A stretch of 64,000 nt of DNA from Acidimicrobiales bacterium (GTDB taxonomy: Bacteria > Actinomycetota > Acidimicrobiia > Acidimicrobiales > Bog-793). Position numbers and translations under genes: made by a program. The stretch covers positions 18,383 through 82,382 of the forward strand of contig JBEKMZ010000007.1 of the NCBI GenBank assembly GCA_049523315.1. Reading direction: 5' to 3'. Under the pieces are notes generated by a model. The model was not told where the DNA came from and ran no database searches. It worked only from the letters and a program-made list of their open reading frames with translations. This document shows positions 20,419 through 27,963 of this stretch, piece by piece (within the stretch, counting starts at the first letter, position 1; each line of letters starts with the position of its first letter).

Positions 20419-22002
20419 TCAGGCCAGCCCGGCCTCCTCCGCGCCGAGGGCCTGCAGCTCCTCGGGCCCGGTCGGCACCACCTCTAAGCTGATCGGGCGC
20501 TCGAACAACTCCTGGAAGAGCGCCTTTTTGCGCTGCAGCATCCACCGCTCGAGCTCGGCGTCGCCCCGCGCGCTGACGACGACCTCCACAGCCACGCCAC
20601 TGAGCTCGGCCCCAAGATGGCTTATGACCGAGTCGTGCGAGGCGTCGAGCCCGTCCGCTATGCGCAGCAGCGAGAGCATCTTGTTCACGCGCTCGCGGTC
20701 CTTGCGCTCGAGGGACTCCCAGGCCTGAAAGGACTCGCGCGGCCGCCCGCGGACGTGGTAACGCCCGAGACAGGACAGCATCTGGATCTCGATGGGCGAG
20801 AACCCACGCAGATCGCCGTTCTCGATGAGATAGGCCGTGTGGCGGGCGTGGCCGTCGCGGCTCACGAGCTCGCCTATGTCGTGCAGCAGCGCGGCGAGCT
20901 CCAAGAGCTCCCGATCCTCCGAATCGAGACCGTGCAGGCCCAGTGTCGAGTCGAACAACTCCACCGCGAGGCGGGCGACTTGGCGGGAATGGGCCTCCGG
21001 CCATCTCGACCTGGCGCAGAGCGACATCACAGAGGCGCGGCGGATCGCCCGCGGGTCGTCGGAGAGCTCGACGCGGTCGTGACGCGCGATCGTGGAGATG
21101 ATTATCCCTTCACGAAGCCCCCACTCCGACACGGTCAGCTCGCGCATGCCAGTTCGCTCCATGAGAACCTCCGCCACGGCCGCGCCGGCAGGAAGCAGCT
21201 CGGCCCTGCGGGCGTCGATGCCCGGCAGGCGGGCTCGCTCCCAGCTCGGCAGCTCATAGATGATCTCGCTCAGGGCGTCGAGCTCGCGACTGGTCACGGT
21301 TAGCTGGTTGACAGAGGTGGGCACCACGCCGTCGCGCCTCGCGGCGACGGCCCTCGCGAGCGCACAGAGGGTGCCAGAGGTGCCGACCAGCAGCTTCGGC
21401 GCGCAGGCAAGGATGTCCTCGAGCACGACTTCGAGCGACCTCGAGATCTGGTCTTTGAGGCGCGCACGGTCCTTCTTGCTCGGCGGGTCCGTGCGGACGT
21501 GCTCGGTCGTGAGCCTCCCCACTCCGAGGTGGAGGCTCGTGGCGTAGGTGAGGCCGAACCGGTCGCCGACCGAGAGCTCTAGGCTGCCACCGCCGAGGTC
21601 CGCGCATAGCGCGGGGCTCGGGTCGATCAGCACGCTCGCGCGCACGGCGTCGAATATCAGCTGGGCCTCGCGTATTCCGCTTACGACCTCGATCCTGACT
21701 CCCGTTGCGGCTTCGATCCGCTCCGCGGCCTCGGGCCCGTTGGAGGCCTCGCGCATCGCCGCAGTGGCCATGGCGACGATCTCGTCACAGCGCTGGACGT
21801 CCGCGATCGTCCTGAAGCGTCGGACGGTGTCGATCGCCGCCTCGATCGCGGCCTCGGGCAGCCGGCCCTCGCGAGCGACGATGTCGCCCAGGCGCAGCAT
21901 CTCCTTTTCACGCGCGAGTGGCAGGAAGCTGCCGTCCGGCCGTGTCTCGACCACGACGAGATGGAACGAGTTGCTGCCGAGGTCGAGCGCGGCAATCCGC
22001 AC
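20419..22002 (-). CDS. ppx: exopolyphosphatase / GppA family with HD domain
   Basis: AALDLGSNSFHLVV, DLGGGSLE, and the C-terminal HD region (LLHDIG). Confidence 0.9.
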   Translation of the reverse strand: MRIAALDLGSNSFHLVVVETRPDGSFLPLAREKEMLRLGDIVAREGRLPEAAIEAAIDTVRRFRTIADVQRCDEIVAMATAAMREASNGPEAAERIEAATGVRIEVVSGIREAQLIFDAVRASVLIDPSPALCADLGGGSLELSVGDRFGLTYATSLHLGVGRLTTEHVRTDPPSKKDRARLKDQISRSLEVVLEDILACAPKLLVGTSGTLCALARAVAARRDGVVPTSVNQLTVTSRELDALSEIIYELPSWERARLPGIDARRAELLPAGAAVAEVLMERTGMRELTVSEWGLREGIIISTIARHDRVELSDDPRAIRRASVMSLCARSRWPEAHSRQVARLAVELFDSTLGLHGLDSEDRELLELAALLHDIGELVSRDGHARHTAYLIENGDLRGFSPIEIQMLSCLGRYHVRGRPRESFQAWESLERKDRERVNKMLSLLRIADGLDASHDSVISHLGAELSGVAVEVVVSARGDAELERWMLQRKKALFQELFERPISLEVVPTGPEELQALGAEEAGLA

Positions 22003-22011
22003 CGCGGGGGC

Positions 22012-24117
22012 TCAGCTCAGCTTCTCGGGCGAACGACGCCTGCGGGCACGCTCCAAAGCGAGCTCTTGAAGGCGCCGCTGGGAACTGAGGCCGAGCACCG
22101 GCACAGTCCGAACCCAGTCCCCATCGGGGCCGAGGAGCCAGGCGTTCGTGTCGTCCGCGAGGCTGAGATGGATGGTCTCTTCGAGGCGCGCCTGCAGCTT
22201 CGGATCGAGGACCGGGACCAGAACCTCGATGCGCCGGTCCAGATTCCGTTCCATCAGGTCGCCGGATCCGATCGTGTAGCGGACGTGACGGTCTCCCTCG
22301 GCCTGGCCGAAGCGGAAGATGCGGGAGTGCTCGAGGAACCGGCCCATGACCGAGCGGACGGTTATCCGGTCCGACAGCCCCGGCACGCCGGGGCGGAGAC
22401 AGCACAGACCCCTCACGATCAGGTCGATCTGGACCCCAGCCCGTGAGGCGGCGTAAAGGGCATCGATGACCTCCGGGTCGGTGAGCCCGTTCACTTTTAT
22501 CGTGATCCGACCCGACTCGCCCACCGCAGCTTCTTCGGCTATCTCACCGAGGATCCAGGGCCGCATGCCCTGAGGAGCCACGACGATGCGGCGGTAGGTG
22601 ACGGGGCGCCCGTAGCCGGTCAGATGGTTGAACAGGTCGGTCAGGTCCTCGCCGATGGCTGGGTCCGCGGTCAAAAGCCCTAGGTCCTCGTAAACCTTGG
22701 CGGTCTCGGAGTTGTAGTTGCCGGTGCCGATGTGGCAGTAGCGGCGCAGGCCGTCCTCCTCGCGCCGGACGACGAGGACGATCTTCGAGTGCGTCTTCAA
22801 CCCGACGAGCCCGTAGACAACGTGCACACCGGCCCGCTCCAGCTGCCTGGCCCAGACGATGTTCGCCTGCTCGTCGAAGCGGGCCTTCACCTCGACGAGG
22901 GCCGCCACCTGCTTGCCCTGTTCGGCCGCGCGCACTAGGGCCGAGACGATTGCCGTGTCCTCGGAGGTGCGGTAGAGGGTCTGTTTGATGGCGAGCACGT
23001 TCGGATCCTCCGCCGCCTCGGTGATGAACGCCTCGACCGAGGTCGTGAACGAGTCGTAGGGGTGGTGGACGAGGACGTCGCGCTCTCGCAGCACCGAGAA
23101 CAGCTCCACGGGCCCGTCCCCGGCCGTGGCGAGGCGGGGCTGGGTCATCGGCACCCACGGCGGCTCATGGAGGTCCGGCCGGTCGATCGAGTGCAGGGCC
23201 CAGAGCTGGCCGAGCCCGAGAGGGGCCGTGCTCTCGTAGACGTCGTCCACGCCGAGCTCGAGCTCTTCTAACAGCAGGTCGCGAACCTCAGCTGGAGTGT
23301 CCCGGTCGACTTCGAGCCGGACCGCGCGGCCAAAGCGGCGGCGCCGGAGCTCGGTCTCGACAGCCGCGAGAAGGTCGTCGGCCTCGCTCTCTTCGAGATC
23401 GAGGTCGGCGTTGCGGGTGACCCTGAAGGCGTGGTGGCGCCCGATCTCCATGTGCGGGAACAGCCTGGGCAGGTTCGCGGCGATCAGCTGCTCGAGGGCG
23501 ACGAAGCGTGAGCCGCCGTTCAGCGGGACGAAGCGGGGCAACAGCGGCGGCACCTTCACCCTGGCGAAACGCTGCTCGCGCGTGCTCGGGTCAACCACCA
23601 GGACGGCGAGGTTGAGCGACAGGTTCGAGATGTAGGGGAACGGATGACCCGGGTCGACCGCTAGCGGCGTCAGGACCGGAAAGATGTCCTTTTCGAACAC
23701 GGCGAGGATCCGCGCCTTTTCGTCCTCGTCGAGCTCGTCGACCCTTGTCAGGTACAAGCCCGCCTTGGCGAGGTTGGGCACGAGCGACGACTCGAAGACC
23801 CCGTCGGCGCGCGCCTGGAGCCGGGTGCACTTGAGGCGGATGTCCTTTAGCTGCTCGGAAGCGGTCCGCCCGTCCGGGGAACGGGCGCGTAGCCCGGCTG
23901 CGACATGGTCCTTAAGACCGCCGACGCGCACTTGGAAGAACTCGTCCAGCCCCGATGACAAGATGGCGAGGAACTTCACGCGCTCAAGCAGCGGTAGCGA
24001 CTCGTCCGCGGCGAGGTCCACGAGGCGGTCCGCGAAATCGAGCCAGGACAGCTCGCGGTTGAGGAATCGGTCCGGGCTCGCGAGCGTGCTCTCAGGACCT
24101 TTGACGTCGACTTTCAC
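22012..24117 (-). CDS. ppk: polyphosphate kinase 1
   Basis: 701 aa with FLNRELSWLDF, LDEFFQVRV, THSKIVLVVRRE and MERNLDRRIE motifs. Confidence 0.95.
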   Translation of the reverse strand: MKVDVKGPESTLASPDRFLNRELSWLDFADRLVDLAADESLPLLERVKFLAILSSGLDEFFQVRVGGLKDHVAAGLRARSPDGRTASEQLKDIRLKCTRLQARADGVFESSLVPNLAKAGLYLTRVDELDEDEKARILAVFEKDIFPVLTPLAVDPGHPFPYISNLSLNLAVLVVDPSTREQRFARVKVPPLLPRFVPLNGGSRFVALEQLIAANLPRLFPHMEIGRHHAFRVTRNADLDLEESEADDLLAAVETELRRRRFGRAVRLEVDRDTPAEVRDLLLEELELGVDDVYESTAPLGLGQLWALHSIDRPDLHEPPWVPMTQPRLATAGDGPVELFSVLRERDVLVHHPYDSFTTSVEAFITEAAEDPNVLAIKQTLYRTSEDTAIVSALVRAAEQGKQVAALVEVKARFDEQANIVWARQLERAGVHVVYGLVGLKTHSKIVLVVRREEDGLRRYCHIGTGNYNSETAKVYEDLGLLTADPAIGEDLTDLFNHLTGYGRPVTYRRIVVAPQGMRPWILGEIAEEAAVGESGRITIKVNGLTDPEVIDALYAASRAGVQIDLIVRGLCCLRPGVPGLSDRITVRSVMGRFLEHSRIFRFGQAEGDRHVRYTIGSGDLMERNLDRRIEVLVPVLDPKLQARLEETIHLSLADDTNAWLLGPDGDWVRTVPVLGLSSQRRLQELALERARRRRSPEKLS

Positions 24118-24140
24118 GACCCAGACGCTACCGTGATCTT

Positions 24141-25520
24141 GTGCAATCCCTCGCCATCGCCCCGGGATTGAAACAACGGCGACGCAGTGAGCTCGGCTTG
24201 CTCATCGTCGCAGTCGTCGTGCTCACCTTCGCCTACCTGCTGGCCTCGCTCGGCACCTACGGCGCACTGCCCTCGAACGCGTTGGAATTCATCGGCGTCT
24301 CGGTGGCACTGGCCTTCGTGGTCCATGTAGCCAACCGGTTCCTCGCCCCCGAAGCGGACCCCGTGATCATGCCCGTGGTGCTGCTGCTCAACGGCATCGG
24401 CTTCGTCATGATCTACCGCCTCGACGCGTCGGTGCAGATGGCCGCCGACGCGCCTTGGCACTACCAGGCGGTATGGACCGTCCTGGGCGTCGTCGCGTAC
24501 GTCATGACACTTTTCGTGGTCAGGCGCTCGCGCGACCTCGAGCGCTATCGATACATGCTCATGTTCGCGGCGCTCGCCCTCCTCGTTCTCCCGCTCGTGC
24601 CGGTGCTCGGTCGCACGCCCGAGGCTCAGCTGAACGGGGTGAAGCTGTGGATCCGACTCGGGCCGATCACCTTCCAGCCCGTCGAGATCGCAAAGCTCCT
24701 GCTCGTGATCTTCTTCGCCTCCTATTTCGTCGAGAAGCGGGAGATGCTGTCTTTATCGACGCGCCGGGTCGGCAACCGCCTGATGCCCGACCTTAGGCCC
24801 CTCGGCCCCATAGCGGTCGCATGGGTCGTGTCATTGATGGTCATCCTGTTCGAGCACGACATCGGGTTCTCGCTGCTGCTGTTCGTCATGTTCATCACGA
24901 TGTTGTGGGTCGCCACGGGACGTTGGACGTACGTGGTCGGTGGGCTCGTGGCCTTCGTCGCCGGCACCTTTTTGGCCGCGCACCTGCCCTTCGCGAAGAC
25001 CCTCATCGACCAGCGCGTCGGCGCATGGATCAATCCATGGGCCCACTACAGCTCTTACGGCTATCAGACCGTCCAGGGAGAGATAGCCCTCGGGCGCGGC
25101 GGCCTGACCGGCTCCGGCCTCGGCTTGGGATCCCCCTATGACATCCCGGTCGCCTACAGCGACTTCATCTTCGCAGCCATCGGCGAAGAGCTCGGCCTTC
25201 TCGGCACGACCGCCGTCGTGGCCGGGTTCTTGTTGTTGGTGGGCGCCGGCATACGTGCCGCGATAAGAGCCCGCTCGCAGTTCTCACAGCTCGCCGCGGT
25301 GGGCTTCACGGCCATCTTGGGCTTCCAGTCGTTCTTCATCATGGCCGGGGTCGTGCGTCTGCTCCCGCTCACGGGCGTGTCACTGCCGTTCATCGGTTAC
25401 GGCGGCTCCTCGTTGCTGGCGAACTACGTCCTCGTCGCGCTGATCGTGCGCATCTCCGACGAAGGGGCCACTCCTGCGGGGCTCCCGGTAGGGCTACGGC
25501 GCCGCTGGAAGCCTGCCTAG
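24141..25520 (+). CDS. SEDS family peptidoglycan polymerase (FtsW/RodA-like)
   Basis: FQPVEIAKLLLVIF, DFIFAAIGEELG, PFIGYGGSSLL. Confidence 0.85.
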   Translation: MQSLAIAPGLKQRRRSELGLLIVAVVVLTFAYLLASLGTYGALPSNALEFIGVSVALAFVVHVANRFLAPEADPVIMPVVLLLNGIGFVMIYRLDASVQMAADAPWHYQAVWTVLGVVAYVMTLFVVRRSRDLERYRYMLMFAALALLVLPLVPVLGRTPEAQLNGVKLWIRLGPITFQPVEIAKLLLVIFFASYFVEKREMLSLSTRRVGNRLMPDLRPLGPIAVAWVVSLMVILFEHDIGFSLLLFVMFITMLWVATGRWTYVVGGLVAFVAGTFLAAHLPFAKTLIDQRVGAWINPWAHYSSYGYQTVQGEIALGRGGLTGSGLGLGSPYDIPVAYSDFIFAAIGEELGLLGTTAVVAGFLLLVGAGIRAAIRARSQFSQLAAVGFTAILGFQSFFIMAGVVRLLPLTGVSLPFIGYGGSSLLANYVLVALIVRISDEGATPAGLPVGLRRRWKPA

Positions 25521-26299
25521 TTCGCTCCCAGGGGGTCGCTGCCGGCTATCGCGAGGACGATGGGCGAGGCCATGATCGGCACAGGCAGCCGTTGACGCAG
25601 GGCAAGTGCAATCGCGTCAGAGGGCCTGCAGTCGATCGTTCGTGACCCGAGCGGGCCGGAAACGACTATCTCGGCGCTGAACGAGCTCCCGCTGACGTCG
25701 GTTATGTGCACCATGTCGAGCGTCAAGCTGAACTCCTCGAGCACCCGGGTGAACAGTTCGTGGGTGAGGGGCCGTGGAGTCTCGATTCCCCTCGCCGCGT
25801 AAGCGATCGCGATGCCTTCGGCTCCGCCAACCGGGATCCGCAGCTCGCGGAAAGGCGAGTCCGCCTCTTGGAGGACGACGACCGGGTGAGTCGCCGGCAG
25901 CATGAGCGCAACCTCGACAAACAACATCTGCGCCATGTCGGGCGGTGTGAGCAACGGGTCCAGCACCCGGCCCGCATGCTCCCCGGCCAATTCGATCTCG
26001 TCAAAAAAAGCGGGCTCGTCCGCAAAAGCGCCTGCGTCTTCCGCGGCTTCCTCGGGAGCAAGCGCCACCGAGTCGTCCGCCTCGGCCATCGCCACGTCCG
26101 CACCATCGCGAACCGCGCCTCGTGCCGATACATCGGCCTCGTCGGCCGGCTCGCTCATCTCTGCGGGAACCGCTGCCGCCTCGGCGGAGTCGTCGAGCTC
26201 TACCGCGAGCTCACCGATCGGCTCGGGAGCGTCACCGTTGGCGCGTGGCACCGACGCCGGTCCCGCCTCGAGCTCGACGGCGTCTCCTTCAGTGCTCAT
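25517..26299 (-). CDS. bifunctional nuclease family (DUF151) protein with an acidic N-terminal extension
   Basis: Trimmed to the ATG at 26299, 5 nt after the rodA stop. The C-terminal half (VVVLQEADSPFRELRIPVG...RPLTHEL...CRPSDAIALA) matches the DUF151 pattern. The N-terminal ~120 aa are Asp/Glu/Ala-rich. Confidence 0.8.
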   Translation of the reverse strand: MSTEGDAVELEAGPASVPRANGDAPEPIGELAVELDDSAEAAAVPAEMSEPADEADVSARGAVRDGADVAMAEADDSVALAPEEAAEDAGAFADEPAFFDEIELAGEHAGRVLDPLLTPPDMAQMLFVEVALMLPATHPVVVLQEADSPFRELRIPVGGAEGIAIAYAARGIETPRPLTHELFTRVLEEFSLTLDMVHITDVSGSSFSAEIVVSGPLGSRTIDCRPSDAIALALRQRLPVPIMASPIVLAIAGSDPLGAN

Positions 26300-26304
26300 G
26301 GGAC

Positions 26305-27537
26305 TCAACGCCTGCTCGACCGCCGCATCTCTACATTGACCACGAGTCCGACCGTAGCGAAAAACACGATCATGGCGGAGCCACCGTAGCTCACGAACGG
26401 AAGCGGGATTCCGGCGATGGGGATGAGGCCAACGGTCATCCCGACGTTCTGGAAGACGGAGAACGCGAACAATGCCAGCGCACCTGAGCACAGCATCCTG
26501 CCGAGCGGATCCCGGGCGATCTGGGCGGCGCGCAACAGCCGGAAGACGATCACGCCGAACAACGCGACAACCAGCAGCCCTCCCACGAAGCCGAGCTGTT
26601 CACCCACGGCCGAGAAAATGAAGTCGGTCTGTTGAGCCGGGACGAATCCCCCGTTCGTGGCAGCGCCGCGGAAGATGCCCGTACCGAAGATTCCGCCCGC
26701 GCCTATGGCCAGTATCGACTGTGCCAAGTTGTAGTTGGCACCGTTAGTCCCGGCGCTCTGGTTGAGAAACGAATGAAAGCGTTGCAGCTGATAGGCGTGG
26801 ATCAGCTTGAAATGGAGCCCCCCGACTAGGCCGAAAATCGCCAGCACCGCGAGGAAGGCCAGGTACCTGAGCCGCGCGCCCGAGGTCACGATCATGACCG
26901 TGAGCACGACGCTCATGATCAGCGCCGTGCCGAGGTCGGGCTGCTTGTAGACGAGCAGGATCGGGACCCCCGCGAGAACGAGAACGACGGCGATGTTGCG
27001 GGGGAACATCGTTTCTTGGCGACTGCAGTACACCGAGATCATGACGATCAAGGCGAGGGCCGCGAACTCGGAGGGCTGCAGCTCGAGCGGTCCGAGAGCG
27101 AACCACCGTTGCGCTCCGAGGGACGTGTGACCGAAGTGCGTGAGAACCGCCATGAGCGAAAGCAGGACCATGCCGTAAAGCACGTACGCCCACTGCTCGA
27201 GCCAGTGGTAGTCGATCAGGGCCACCACGACCATTACCACGATCCCCATCACCAGCCAGAGGAGCTGACGCTTCAAGTAGTACTTAGGGTCCCCTCCGGC
27301 GTCCAGCTGCGCGACGCGCGTGGCCGAGTAGACCATGACGGCGCCGATCAGCGAGAGCACCAGGGCGCTGCCGACCAGGACGAAGTCGCAGTGGCGCACC
27401 GCCTCCCAAAACGGGTGTCGCTCTCTACGATGGCTCCACCGAGCCGGCACGCTCGCGGAGTGAACGGCCATGACGGCCAAGGATAACGTCGATGACCTCA
27501 ATCCTCCCTGCGCCATCTGAGACAGTGACCGCGCCAA
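26305..27537 (-). CDS. rodA: SEDS family protein RodA-like
   Basis: LQPSEFAALALI, DFIFSAVGEQLG, PFVSYGGSAMI. The start may be the internal ATG at about 27471. Confidence 0.85.
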   Translation of the reverse strand: MARSLSQMAQGGLRSSTLSLAVMAVHSASVPARWSHRRERHPFWEAVRHCDFVLVGSALVLSLIGAVMVYSATRVAQLDAGGDPKYYLKRQLLWLVMGIVVMVVVALIDYHWLEQWAYVLYGMVLLSLMAVLTHFGHTSLGAQRWFALGPLELQPSEFAALALIVMISVYCSRQETMFPRNIAVVLVLAGVPILLVYKQPDLGTALIMSVVLTVMIVTSGARLRYLAFLAVLAIFGLVGGLHFKLIHAYQLQRFHSFLNQSAGTNGANYNLAQSILAIGAGGIFGTGIFRGAATNGGFVPAQQTDFIFSAVGEQLGFVGGLLVVALFGVIVFRLLRAAQIARDPLGRMLCSGALALFAFSVFQNVGMTVGLIPIAGIPLPFVSYGGSAMIVFFATVGLVVNVEMRRSSRR

Positions 27538-27963
27538 TCTCGCGCTTAGGGCCCCCCGGCACGAGGGAGCAGCTCAGAGTCGCGCAAGGCCCGTGTTCGG
27601 TGTTCGCTAGAAATGCCCCGTGCGAGCTCTCCGTCGCGAGTTCGTGAGACCCGCAAGCCCTATGGCCGGTCCTCGCCCACGGGACTGCGCTGGGCTCTGT
27701 CCGGGTGCGACTGCTCGCTCAGACCTTCATACTCTGATAGCCATTCAGCTAGTCCATCCGACGCATGAGGCAGGACTGTTCACAACCTCACCAGCTCAGT
27801 CGGGATCGTCTCTAAATTGGCTCTAAGTGCCGCCGTCACAACCCTGAGGCTCAAGTTCAACTAGAGGTTGAGGTCAAGACCCCTTCGGCGCGCTGCAATC
27901 TTGCTGGCCCGCTCATTCTCGGGCCGTCCTTTCGAGAGCCCCTCAGGATTGCGGCTCTTCTGA
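27538..27963. other. stop-rich, visibly lower-GC intergenic segment; candidate structured RNA or element (unclassified)
   Basis: The track lists no minus-strand ORF of 60 aa or more and only one 68-aa plus-strand ORF, although the rest of the window has long ORFs in all frames. Several helices are visible, including 27837..27849 paired with 27941..27953. Confidence 0.35.
27646..27883 (-). repeat. diverged element copy A (inverted relative to copy B)
   Basis: The minus-strand sequence aligns by hand with plus-strand 28259..28435. The best block is 27748..27792 versus 28362..28407, about 32/46 identical with an exact GTCGGATGG. GGTCTTG, CGTGGGC and GGGCTTG words occur in the same order. Confidence 0.4.

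Noticed and set aside
19013-20728. 571-aa plus-strand ORF.
   Set aside because: It is out of frame across the UPF0104 gene and antisense to ppx, is extremely Arg/Pro-rich, and has no recognisable domains. It is a high-GC artefact.
27620-27826. 68-aa ORF inside the aroE-rodA intergenic segment.
   Set aside because: It has no ribosome-binding site and atypical codon composition, and it crosses predicted helices. It is probably non-coding.
27538-27963. Possible RNase P RNA, tmRNA or SRP RNA, given the ~400-nt stop-rich, lower-GC character. The minus strand has CTAGCTGAATGGCTATC and GACAGAGCCCAGCG, which loosely resemble RNase P CR-IV and CR-V.
   Set aside because: The region has no GAGGAAAGTCC (CR-I) and no GGTAAGGGTGAAA-type block. 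The would-be P4 strands are not complementary. It also lacks a tmRNA T-arm/CCA end or a plausible tag reading frame, and it has no SRP GGAAGCAGC motif. It is left unclassified.
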